Shown in pieces: positions 18,336 to 28,800 of a DNA stretch of 64,000 nt. This DNA comes from an uncultured Clostridia bacterium. GTDB lineage: Bacteria; Bacillota; Clostridia; TANB77; CAG-465. The position numbers were made by a program, and so were the translations under genes. Each line of letters starts with the position of its first letter. Position 1 is the first letter of the stretch. The stretch lies in assembly GCA_947584535.1 (NCBI GenBank), contig CANPWO010000004.1:542-64541 (forward strand). Direction: 5' to 3'. The notes under the pieces were generated by a model. It saw only the letters and a list, made by a program, of their open reading frames with translations. It made no database searches and was not told where the DNA came from.

Positions 18336-20687
18336 ATGATTTTGGAAAAATATTTAGATAGTGAAGTAGGAGAAAAAGTATCACTTGTAATAGATTATAT
18401 AAAAAAAGGTTTTAATATCCCTAATATAATTTTCGTTATTTTTTCTATACTACTTGCTTCTCAAACATTTATAGGTGAATATGAACCATTTAGTGTGGTA
18501 CTATTTGGTGTTGCAAGTGTATTTAATATACCATTATTACTTGTACTTATATCCTCAATTATTGGACTTTTAATTAGTTCAGTAACAACATTTACACTTA
18601 TAAAAATAGTGGCACTTTTTATAGTGTTTTCACTTATCACAGCACTGATTAATATAGAAGGAATTAGTAAAAAGTATAGTGTATTTATAAAATTAATATG
18701 CTCATATTTCTTAGTAGAGATAGTCTCAAATATTATAGCTGGTACATTTTTTACTAGTATATTAAGTATTTTAACTAGTGCTTTAGTTATAGCAATAATT
18801 TATTTTATATTTGTACCTGGTATGGCAGTACTTCTTAATTTAAGGAAATCATATATTTATTCTAAAGAGGAAAGTATTGCTATGATAACATTACTTGCAA
18901 TAGGGCTTTCTGTATTTAAGAATATATCAGTTTTTAATTTTTCAATATATAATATATTAGTTATGGTACTTATACTTATATATGGTTGGAAAAATGGTGC
19001 TATTCTTGGTGCAAGTTCAGGACTTCTTATAGGGCTGTTATTAACTGGAATAACTGATGCAAATATGTCGCTTGTAGTATCTCTTGCTATAAGTGGTGGA
19101 CTTGCTGGAATATTTAGTAAATTTGGTAAGATACCAGTGATAATTGCTTTTATACTAGGCAATATATATATAAGTTATTATTCAAGTGGCTTTTCAGAAT
19201 TAACAGTAAGATTAAGTGAGATATTAATTGCATCAATTAGTTTGCTATTTATGCCTAAATCCTTTGAATTTAGATTAGATAAGTTATTTAATAAAAATAA
19301 TACATTAGATAAAACTTATGAGAATATGCTTTCAAGTAGTAATAATGCTAAAGAAAAAATAGGTGCGCTTTCAGAAGTATTTGAAAGCTTATCAAATGTA
19401 AAATTAGAAAATACACCTCAAGATTTAAAAGAAACAAGAGATGTTATAAATAAATATATAACAGATTATATAGAGAATAATTGTATTGACTGTAAAGAAA
19501 AAAGAAATTGTATAGATGAGAAAAAACTAAGTAAAAAAGTTGACTTTATTTCCAAAAAATTAGAAAATAATGAAAAGTTAGATGCATCTATGTTAGACTT
19601 TAAATGTTATATCCCAGAAGACATGATAGAGAATATAACAGAAATATATAACAGTATGAAATTAACTAGGATGTTAAAGAAAAAAGAACAAGAAAATAGT
19701 GAGAAAATATCAAATCAATACAAAGAAGTATCAAAAATATTATCAGATGTTGCTAAAAATATAAAAGATAATATGATAGTTAAAGATAAATCTCTTGAAA
19801 AACTAAGAGATGAATTGAAGTTTTATGGATATATTGTATATGAAGATAGTTTTAAAAGAGAAGGAGATAGCATAGAGTATATATTTGTAACAGATATTTT
19901 AACAAATATTGATGCTCAAAAACAAGAAATAGTAGATATTTCCTCAAATATATTAGAACAAACTATGGCAATTAAACTTATTATAAATAGTAGTAAAAAG
20001 GAAAAATCTAAAATAAAACTTGTATCAAAACCTGATTTTGATGTTAAGTCATCAATAGTTTCTGAAATAAAATCTGGTGAAGAAATATCTGGAGATTCTT
20101 ATCTATCTATGGAACTTTCAGATTTAAAACGTTTAAATGTAATAAGTGATGGTATGGGCTCTGGAAAAACTGCATCAAAAGCTTCACATACAATTGTAAA
20201 TATGCTTGAAAAATTACTTGAAGGTGGCTTTAGTGAAGATAAAGCAATTGATATAATAAATAGTGTAATAAAGTTAAAATCTGATGACGAAAACTTTTCA
20301 ACAATAGATGCTTCAATTATAGACTTGAAAAATGCAGAAGCTCATTTTGTTAAATTTGGTTCTGCTCCAACTTATATAATTGAAGATGAAAAGATAACTA
20401 CCATTAATACGGCTACTATGCCAATCGGTATTCTTAAAGATACTGATTATCTACCTATTGCTAAAAAGCTAAAAGAAGGTAGTATTGTAGTGCAAATTTC
20501 AGATGGTGTAGTAAAAGATGGCATGGATATAAATGATAATTACTTTAAAACACACTTATCAACTATTGATAAAAGTAAAAATAGTAAAATAATAGCAGAA
20601 GAGTTAAGGAAATTTGTTGTAAAAGAAAACAAAGGCTTGTTAGAAGATGACATTACAATAATTGTTTCAAAAGTTGTTAAAACATAG
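18336..20687 (+). CDS. spoIIE: stage II sporulation protein E (PP2C phosphatase)
   Basis: 783 aa. About 10 N-terminal TM helices, a central regulatory region, and a C-terminal PP2C/SpoIIE domain (GDSYL...ISDGMGSG...SDGV). Confidence 0.9.
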   Translation: MILEKYLDSEVGEKVSLVIDYIKKGFNIPNIIFVIFSILLASQTFIGEYEPFSVVLFGVASVFNIPLLLVLISSIIGLLISSVTTFTLIKIVALFIVFSLITALINIEGISKKYSVFIKLICSYFLVEIVSNIIAGTFFTSILSILTSALVIAIIYFIFVPGMAVLLNLRKSYIYSKEESIAMITLLAIGLSVFKNISVFNFSIYNILVMVLILIYGWKNGAILGASSGLLIGLLLTGITDANMSLVVSLAISGGLAGIFSKFGKIPVIIAFILGNIYISYYSSGFSELTVRLSEILIASISLLFMPKSFEFRLDKLFNKNNTLDKTYENMLSSSNNAKEKIGALSEVFESLSNVKLENTPQDLKETRDVINKYITDYIENNCIDCKEKRNCIDEKKLSKKVDFISKKLENNEKLDASMLDFKCYIPEDMIENITEIYNSMKLTRMLKKKEQENSEKISNQYKEVSKILSDVAKNIKDNMIVKDKSLEKLRDELKFYGYIVYEDSFKREGDSIEYIFVTDILTNIDAQKQEIVDISSNILEQTMAIKLIINSSKKEKSKIKLVSKPDFDVKSSIVSEIKSGEEISGDSYLSMELSDLKRLNVISDGMGSGKTASKASHTIVNMLEKLLEGGFSEDKAIDIINSVIKLKSDDENFSTIDASIIDLKNAEAHFVKFGSAPTYIIEDEKITTINTATMPIGILKDTDYLPIAKKLKEGSIVVQISDGVVKDGMDINDNYFKTHLSTIDKSKNSKIIAEELRKFVVKENKGLLEDDITIIVSKVVKT

Positions 20688-20812
20688 AAATAAAACTGGT
20701 ATAGATGGATAAATCTATATCAGTTTTTTTGGAAGTGTTGCATTTTATGTAAAATTATGATACAATATGTCAAAATAAGCAATTACCAAATAATAATTTA
20801 GGAGGAGATAAT

Positions 20813-21415
20813 ATGGATGCAAATAAAGTAGGTGCTACTATTTCAGGTATTATACTTGCCATGCTTATAACATTCTTTATAATGGCTATAAATGCAGGTT
20901 CAAAAATATTTTATACTAAAAATATAGATGAATATTATCAACAGTATATCATTACAAAAGAAACTACAGATGAAAAGGAATTACTTGATATATTGAACAA
21001 ACTTGAAATAGATTTTAACATAAAATCTGATAAAATATCAACTAAGTATTTTGATTATAGCAGAGGAGAAAAAGTTGAACTTCAGTCAAATGATTTAACA
21101 GAACTTTTGGATATTTATATAACTAGAAATATTGATAAAGAGAATTTTGAATTATATACCAAAAAGAATGCGTTATTCATTAATAAATTGGAAAAAGAAG
21201 TTATTCCAAATGATGAAAATACGGAAAGTATACAAGAGAACAATAACGAAGTAATAAAGACAAAGACAGGGATATGTTTAAAAAATGATAAATTATACTA
21301 TTGCAAGTCCTATGATGTTAATGTTTCTATTTGTGTGATTATTATGTTCTTTTGTATAATATTTACACTTGTTATGCTTGCTGTGTTTATATATAATATT
21401 TATTGGTGTTGGTAA
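20813..21415 (+). CDS. hypothetical membrane protein (N-terminal and C-terminal TM)
   Basis: 200 aa. SD aggagg is present. TM helices sit at both ends of a polar central region. Confidence 0.5.
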   Translation: MDANKVGATISGIILAMLITFFIMAINAGSKIFYTKNIDEYYQQYIITKETTDEKELLDILNKLEIDFNIKSDKISTKYFDYSRGEKVELQSNDLTELLDIYITRNIDKENFELYTKKNALFINKLEKEVIPNDENTESIQENNNEVIKTKTGICLKNDKLYYCKSYDVNVSICVIIMFFCIIFTLVMLAVFIYNIYWCW

Positions 21416-21581
21416 AAAAAGATTTTGGAAATGGGTTTTGTATTTATTACAAAACTCATTTCTTTATTATTTAAAATAACAATATTTACATTATAATTAA
21501 ATTACATAATTTAAACACCTTTTTAGTACTTTTTATAACATTATATGATATAATTTTCATATATAAGAAAGGAGTTTTATT

Positions 21582-22304
21582 ATGGGAATTGCATCTTTAA
21601 TTTTAGGAATTGTATCAATAGTTATAGGATTTGTACCTTTTATCGGTATAATTGCTTTAGTACCTGCTATTGTAGGTTTAGTTTTAGGTATAGTTGAAAC
21701 TATTAATTGTTCAAAGAAGAAAGAGTCTACAGGAAAAGGCATAGCTGGTATAGTATTATCAACTTTAGCAATAGTATTTATTATATTTTGGGTATTTGTA
21801 ATAGCAAATTCAGATAGCACTACTACAAATACAAGTACAAATAATAATAATAATGCGAATTCTAATGAAATAGTTAATACTGAAACATCTACATCAGCTA
21901 ATAATGTTCAAGAAGAAAAGACAAGTTTTAATGTAGGAGAAACATTTTCAAATAATAATATAAAAATAACATTTGTTTCAGCTGATCAAGACTTTAAAAA
22001 TTATGGTAAATATGCAAATGTAAAAAGTGGTTACAAGGTTATTAAAGCGACTTTTGATATTGAAAACATAGGTACTTCAGATGAGTATGTTTCAAATTAT
22101 GACTATAAATGTTATGCAGATGATGTAGCATGTGATGCATTTTATACTTTAGATTTAGATGATGGTTTATCTGCAACTATTTCAAGTGGTAAAAAAGCAA
22201 GTGGAAGTGTATATTTTGAAGTACCTCAAAATGCAAGTAAAATAACACTTGAATATAATACTAATATATTTACAAGTGAAAATATTGAATTTGTTGTTAA
22301 ATAA
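21582..22304 (+). CDS. DUF4190-like N-terminal membrane domain + DUF4352-like extracellular beta domain protein
   Basis: 240 aa. Gly/Ile-rich helices come first (GIASLILGIVSIVIGFVPFIG), then an N/T-rich linker, then a C-terminal beta-rich domain (GETFSNNNIKITF...GSVYFEVP). Confidence 0.55.
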   Translation: MGIASLILGIVSIVIGFVPFIGIIALVPAIVGLVLGIVETINCSKKKESTGKGIAGIVLSTLAIVFIIFWVFVIANSDSTTTNTSTNNNNNANSNEIVNTETSTSANNVQEEKTSFNVGETFSNNNIKITFVSADQDFKNYGKYANVKSGYKVIKATFDIENIGTSDEYVSNYDYKCYADDVACDAFYTLDLDDGLSATISSGKKASGSVYFEVPQNASKITLEYNTNIFTSENIEFVVK

Positions 22305-22398
22305 GATAAGACAGGCTATAATATAAAAAAATTATAGCTTGTTTTTTTTAATAAAGATAAAAAAATATAATCTGCATATAATTAATATTGGTGATATA

Positions 22399-23692
22399 AT
22401 GGCAGATTTTATTTTAAAGCTAGAAGAATTAATATGGAGTATGCCACTTGTTTTACTTTTAATGTTTACTCATATATATTTTACAATTAAACTTAAATAT
22501 CCACAAAAATATACGTTAAAAGGTTTAAAATTAATGTTTAGACCAAATATAAAAGAAAAAAATAAAAAGGGAGTATCCTCTTTTAAATCATTAATGACAG
22601 TATTAGCTGCAACTTTAGGGACAGGAAATATAATCGGGGTAGCCTCTGCAATTATGCTAGGTGGTGTTGGTAGTATATTTTGGATATTTATATCTGGAAT
22701 TTTTGCAATTGCTACAAAATATGCAGAAACTTATTTAGTATTAAAGTATAGGCATAGTACTAAAAATGGCTATTTTGGTGGGACAATGTATGTATTAAAA
22801 AATGTATTAAATAAAAAAATACTTGCAATGCTGTTTAGTATATTTGTTATAATTGCATCATTTGGAATAGGATCAATGATTCAATCAAATGCTATGGCAA
22901 GTTCAATAAATGAAACTTTTAGTGTTAATAAATACCTACTTGCTGTTATAATTACTATAACTTGTGCATATGTAGTATTTGGAGATGAAAAAAGAATATC
23001 AAATATTTCAAGTTTTTTAGTGCCTATTGCAACTATTGTGTATATTTTTATGTGTATTGCATTATTATATATTTATAGATTTAATATAATACCAAGTATA
23101 AAGTTAATAATAAAAGAAGCATTCTCATTTAAAGCAGTAACACGGTGGAATATTTGGATTAACTATAGTTAAAGCATTAAATGCAGGTCTTTCAAAAGGA
23201 CTATTTTCCAATGAAGCAGGAATGGGTAGTTCTCCTTTATTTAATGTAACAGTAAAAGGAAACGATATAAAAAAAGAATCAATTATTGCTTCAACTAGTG
23301 TTTTTATAGACACAGTGTTATTATGCACTATAACTGGAATAGTGTTAGTTTCAAGTGGATTCTTTAATATAGCTACTAATGCAAGTGATTTAACTCAAAA
23401 AGCTTTTTCTTTGATTCCTTATGGAGATTATTTACTCACATTTTCACTTGTTATATTTGCTGTAGCAACTATCCCATGTTGGAGTTATTATGGACTTATA
23501 GGAATAAAATTTTTATTTAAAGGTAATAAAAAGATAGAAAAAATATATAAGGTAATTTATACCGTGTGTGTATTTATTGGTGCAATACTAGCACTTAATA
23601 TTGTTTGGAGTATATCGTCCATTGCAAATGCACTGATGATAATTCCAAATCTTGTTATGATTTATTTATTAAGAGAAGATATAGAAGCGTAA
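22399..23692 (+). pseudogene. alanine/glycine:cation symporter (AGCS family), interrupted by a +1 frameshift near 23141
   Basis: Frame A (22399..23172) reads SSFKSLMTVLAATLGTGNIIGVASAI. Frame B is open from 23141 and reads GGIFGLTIVKALNAGLSKGLFSNEAGMGSSP..., the conserved AGCS motif. One extra nucleotide in gcagtaaca[c]ggtgga joins them. Confidence 0.8.
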
Positions 23693-23743
23693 GAAAAAAT
23701 GTACCATCTTAATTTAAGATAGTACATTTTTTATATAAGATAT

Positions 23744-23926
23744 TTATGGAAGGGGTCTTTTTAAGATATTAAAAGATCTTTTTTCAAATTCTTTATTACA
23801 TGCTATATAATGTGTTCCGACCATTTTTCTGTGTCCAGGTAAATATCTTAAGGTACAGTTTTTTTCTTTACAAAAAGCACATTTTATATTACTTTTTAAT
23901 ACCTTAAAAAAACTTGTATTATTCAT
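23744..23926 (-). CDS. small basic Cys/His-rich protein, paralog A (putative zinc ribbon)
   Basis: 60 aa. SD aaggagg lies 8 nt upstream. The pattern is CxxC-x4-C ... HxxxC (KCAFCKEKNC...THYIAC), and it ends LKRPLP. Confidence 0.6.
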   Translation of the reverse strand: MNNTSFFKVLKSNIKCAFCKEKNCTLRYLPGHRKMVGTHYIACNKEFEKRSFNILKRPLP

Positions 23927-23948
23927 TTTTATTTCCTCCTTTTTTAAG

Positions 23949-24131
23949 TTATGGAAGTGGCCTTTTTAAAACATTTTTAACTCTTTTTTCTTGGTCCTTA
24001 GGACATACTAAATAATGTGTTCCGACTCTTTTTCTCCGCATAGGAAAATATCTTAAAGCACAAAATTTATCTTTACAAATAGCACATTTTATATTACTTT
24101 TTAATACCTTAAAAAAACTTATATTAGCCAT
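23949..24131 (-). CDS. small basic Cys/His-rich protein, paralog B
   Basis: The start is set at the second ATG (MANISFF), 7 nt after SD aggggga, giving 60 aa. I hand-count about two-thirds identity to paralog A, including FFKVLKSNIKCA, VGTHY and LKRPLP. Confidence 0.6.
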   Translation of the reverse strand: MANISFFKVLKSNIKCAICKDKFCALRYFPMRRKRVGTHYLVCPKDQEKRVKNVLKRPLP

Positions 24132-24163
24132 TTTCATTTCCCCCTTTAAATAAAATTATTAAC

Positions 24164-24580
24164 TTAAACGCATTTTATTTTTACATAACCACATTTATTT
24201 TCATTTTCATTTTTGGCTATTTTAAAAATAATTTTATTAGAATTTATTAAAGATATATTTATAGGTGATTGTTTATTATTTAAAATGACATTTTGCCCTC
24301 TATTATCTTTGTTAGTATATAAGTTAATAAAGAACGTACTGCATTTAGCTAGTTTTGATATTATAAGATTTAAACAACCAGTTATTTTATCTTTAAGTGT
24401 AAATTCAATTTCGATGGAAGAAGGAATATTCTGACCTGTCATGTCAATAAATAATATAATTTCATTTTCATTGATGTATTTTATTTTTATTCGGTCACCA
24501 TTACTAAAATAACTTACGTTTTCACTGTATTGAGTTATAGTACAGTTTTCTTTGTTAAAAATATCTGTTATAACATTCAT
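24164..24580 (-). CDS. hypothetical beta-rich protein, first gene of the small-protein operon
   Basis: 138 aa. SD ggaggg lies 8 nt upstream. No signal peptide, TM or recognisable motif. Confidence 0.55.
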   Translation of the reverse strand: MNVITDIFNKENCTITQYSENVSYFSNGDRIKIKYINENEIILFIDMTGQNIPSSIEIEFTLKDKITGCLNLIISKLAKCSTFFINLYTNKDNRGQNVILNNKQSPINISLINSNKIIFKIAKNENENKCGYVKIKCV

Positions 24581-24635
24581 AATTATTTCCCTCCATCTAT
24601 AATTATATAAATAGCCTATAATTTTACGTAAGTTA

Positions 24636-24663
24636 ATTATACCATATATTTTGCTTGTGTCAA
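24636..24663 (-). promoter_or_regulatory. near-consensus sigma-A promoter with extended -10
   Basis: On the minus strand: TTGACA (24663-24658), a 16-nt spacer ending in TGg, then TATAAT (24641-24636). Confidence 0.6.
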
Positions 24664-24770
24664 GAAAAAAGTGACATAAAACTTGAATTAAATATAAAAA
24701 TATGATATAATATTTAACAAATATGTAGATTTTAAACTATAATAATAATTTATTAAGGAGGAATAGACTT

Positions 24771-25751
24771 ATGATTAAAGTAATTGGAGGAATAAGCGCA
24801 AAAGATGGTATTGCGTTTAAAGCAGATAATTACAGCGTAAAAAGTAAACTTATAGGACATTTTCTTAATTTTAAAATTAACTGCGATGATTCTAATGATT
24901 ATGCTATAATGCGGTTTTTAAATAAATTAGAAGAAAATAAATTTATAAATTTTTTAATATTTATAATAGAAACAGTTCTGTTGTGTATATTCGAATGTTT
25001 TTTTATAAAGAAATTTGCTACATTTATGTTTGTATTATATACAGTTATAACAGTTGGAACAATAATACGTAATATAGTAATAAGTTTTAATAAAGAATGT
25101 TTAATAAATCACTCAGCAGAGCATAAAATGTTTAACGCATATAACAAAATGAAGGTATTACCAAGTATTGACGATGCAAAAAAGTTTTCGCGGTTTAATA
25201 TAAATTGTGGAACTAACTTATTTTTTACACATATTGTTACATATATACTTTATATATTTGTTAATACTAAATTTCCATTATTTACAGTAAGAAGAATATG
25301 CAGTTTTTTGAATATTAATGCAATATTTACTCCACTTCAGATTTTAACTACTAAGACACCAAGTGATAAAAATATGTATATAGCACGGAGTACATTAAAT
25401 AGGTTAATTGAAGTTGAAGAATGTGGTGAATATGACATAGATGAATTGTATATTTTAGTAAATGATAAAAAGGTATTAAAAGCGCGTGATTTATATGGAG
25501 GAAAAAATAAAAAATATGTTGTTTTACCTAATTGTTCCTTAATAGAGGTGCAACAGGCTATAATTAATTACTATACAGATTTACCATTATATGTACAAAC
25601 TATAAAGGAAGATTCCTATATACCAATACATAGTTATTCAAAAAATATTATAGTTTATTATAATGGAGTCGAAGTTTATATAAATGAAACAAATTATAAT
25701 GACTTTGAAAATATCTATAAAGAGTGCTTGAGTAAAAGAGATAATGAGTAA
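24771..25751 (+). CDS. divergent DUF1385 (YqhQ)-like membrane protein with unique C-terminal extension
   Basis: 326 aa. The segments GGISAKDGIAF and HSAEHKMFNAY...FSRFNINCGTNLFF resemble the DUF1385 signature (GGQAV.EGVM; HGAEHK; HpRCGT). The last roughly 110 aa have no motif I recognise. Confidence 0.4.
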   Translation: MIKVIGGISAKDGIAFKADNYSVKSKLIGHFLNFKINCDDSNDYAIMRFLNKLEENKFINFLIFIIETVLLCIFECFFIKKFATFMFVLYTVITVGTIIRNIVISFNKECLINHSAEHKMFNAYNKMKVLPSIDDAKKFSRFNINCGTNLFFTHIVTYILYIFVNTKFPLFTVRRICSFLNINAIFTPLQILTTKTPSDKNMYIARSTLNRLIEVEECGEYDIDELYILVNDKKVLKARDLYGGKNKKYVVLPNCSLIEVQQAIINYYTDLPLYVQTIKEDSYIPIHSYSKNIIVYYNGVEVYINETNYNDFENIYKECLSKRDNE

Positions 25752-25875
25752 TTTAATAAAGACCTATGTATTAGTTTTATACACAGGTCTTTTTTTGTAT
25801 TTTAATTAAATATTTTAGGTGCATTATATGGACAACTAACAGATATTTTAGTATAATAAAGTCAAGGTGAGAAAT

Positions 25876-28800
25876 ATGGATTTTGTGCATTTACATGTAC
25901 ATACCGAGTATAGTTTACTTGATGGTGCAATTAGAATAAAAGACTTGGTAAAAAAAGTTAAAGATATGAACATGAAAGCAGTTGCTATAACTGACCATGG
26001 TAATATGTTTGGTGCTATTGAGTTTTATAAAGAATGTGTTAAAGAAGGAATAAAGCCAATTATTGGCTGTGAAGTATATGTTGCGCCTAGAAGTAGATTT
26101 GAAAAGCAAGGAAAAATAGATACAGAACCTAATCACTTAATACTTCTAGCAATGAATAACACAGGATATAAAAATTTAGTAAAATTGTGTTCTGCAGGTT
26201 ATACAGAAGGTTTTTATTATAAACCAAGAATTGATATGGATATACTTAAAGAATATAACGAAGGACTAATTTGTCTTAGTGCTTGCCTTGCAGGAAAAGT
26301 TGCAACTCAAATTGTTAATACAAATATTGAAGGTGCAAAAGAAACTATAAAAGAATTTATAGAAATTTTTGGAACTGATAGATATTTTTTAGAAATACAA
26401 GATAATAAATTAAGAGAGCAGATACTTGTAAATCAGCAGTTAATTAGTCTTGCAAAAGAATTTTCTGTTGGACTTGTAGCTACAAATGACTGTCATTATC
26501 TTGATAAAGAAGATTATGACTTTCATGAAGTTTTATTGTGTATTGGAACAAGGAAAACTATTAATGATGAGACAAGAATGACATTTAAAACAAATGAGTT
26601 CTATGTAAAAAGTGTTGAAGAAGAAGCAGAAGCATTTGCTAACGTGCCTGAAGCTATAGAAAACACTGTGAAAATTGCAGATATGTGTAATGTAAATTTT
26701 GAATTTGGTAAAATAATTCTACCTGAATTTAAGATACCAAATAACCAGTCACATTTAGAATATTTTAGAAATCTTTGCTATAACGGTATAGAAAAAAGGT
26801 ATGGTAGTAAAGAGAATAAAGAGGTTATTGATAGACTTGAATATGAAATATCTATAATAGATAAAATGGGATATATTGATTATTTCTTGATAGTTGCAGA
26901 TTATATAAATTATGCAAAATCAGTTGGTATATCAGTAGGCCCTGGACGTGGTAGTGGAGCAGGTTCTATAGCTGCATATTTGATAGGAATAACAGACATT
27001 GATCCACTTAAGTTTAACCTTATATTTGAGCGTTTTCTAAATCCTGAAAGAGTTAGTATGCCAGATTTTGATGTTGACTTTTGTTATGAACGACGTGGAG
27101 AAGTTATTGACTATGTAGCAAGAAAATATGGGCAAGATCATGTTGCACAAATAATAACATTTGGTACAATGGCTGCAAGAGCAGCAGTAAGAGACGTAGC
27201 ACGCGTACTTGATATATCATATCAAAAGGCTGATTTAGTTGCAAAAATGATACCACATACATTAAAAATGACAATAGATGAGGCTTTAAAAATAAACAGT
27301 GAACTTAAAAATCTGTATGATACTGATGATGAAGTTAAGAATATAATTGATATGGCAAAAAAAGCAGAAGGGCTTGTAAGGCACGCATCAACTCATGCAG
27401 CAGGTGTAGTTATAACTAAAAATCCAGTTGTAGATTATGTGCCATTATATGAAAGTCAGAATGTTGTATCTACACAATATACAATGACGATTTTAGAAGA
27501 ATTAGGACTTTTAAAAATGGACTTTTTAGGTTTAAGGACACTTACAGTTATATCAGATGCATTAAAGTTAATAGAAAAGATACATGGTATAAAAGTAGAT
27601 TTTGGAAAAGACATGGATGATAAAGCTACATTTAAAATGTTGTGCGAAGGTAAAACTACTGGTATTTTTCAAATGGAAAGTCAAGGTTTTAGGCAAATGA
27701 TGGTTAAAATGCAACCTGATTCTTTAGAAGATATTATCGTAATGATTTCGTTATATAGACCTGGACCTATGGATCAAATACCAAGATATATACGAAATAA
27801 AAATAATCAGAATGATATTATATATACACATAAATCTTTAGAACCAATATTAAAAGTTACTTATGGTTGTATGGTATATCAAGAACAAGTTATGCAAATA
27901 TTTAGAGATTTAGCAGGATATAGCTTAGGTAGGGCAGACTTGGTAAGAAGAGCTATGGGAAAGAAGAAGCTAGATGTAATGGCAAAAGAGCGTGATATAT
28001 TTGTACAAGGTGCGATAAAAAACAATATAGATGAAGCAAGTGCAAATAAAATATTTGATGAAATGGCAGAATTTGCAAAGTATGCATTTAATAAATCGCA
28101 CGCTGCAGCATATGCAGTGGTAGCATATCAAACAGCATATTTAAAAGCACATTTTCCACACGAGTTTATGGCAGCATTAATGAATAGTATGCTTGGTAAT
28201 TTAAGTAAGATCCCTGAGTATATAGAAGAATGTAAAAATTTAGGTATTGAGGTGTTAAAACCAGATATTAACGAAAGTTATGCTAAGTTTGCTGTAATTA
28301 ATAAAAAGATTAGATTTGCACTTGTATCAATTAAAAATGTCGGTGAGAATGCAATTAAAGAGATTGTACAAAATAGAAAAATGCAAGGTAAATTTGTAAG
28401 CTTCGTAGATTTTTGTCAGAGAGTAGCTGGTGATATTGTTAATAAAAAATGTATAGAAAGTCTAATTATGGCAGGAGCATTTGATGAGATAGAAAATGAA
28501 TTAAATAGATATGATTTACTTGAGTCTTATGAAGCAATTGTTGATAATGTTAATGAAACAAGGAAAAATAATTATATAAATCAAATAAATCTATTTGATA
28601 TGGACTCGTCTCTTAATACAAATAAAATAGAGATAAAAAAATGTGGTAAAGAACCTACTAAAAAAGAATTACTTGAAATGGAAAAGGAAATGCTAGGACT
28701 GTATGTATCAGGACATCCACTAGATGAGTATGCAGATTATATAAAAAAAAGTGCTACAATAACAAGTAAAGAATTAAATGAAAGTAGAAAAGAGTCTGAA

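Noticed and set aside
21557-21820. An 87-aa minus-strand ORF.
   Set aside because: It is antisense to the Gly/Ile-rich N-terminus of the 21582 gene, and its translation mirrors that low-complexity region.
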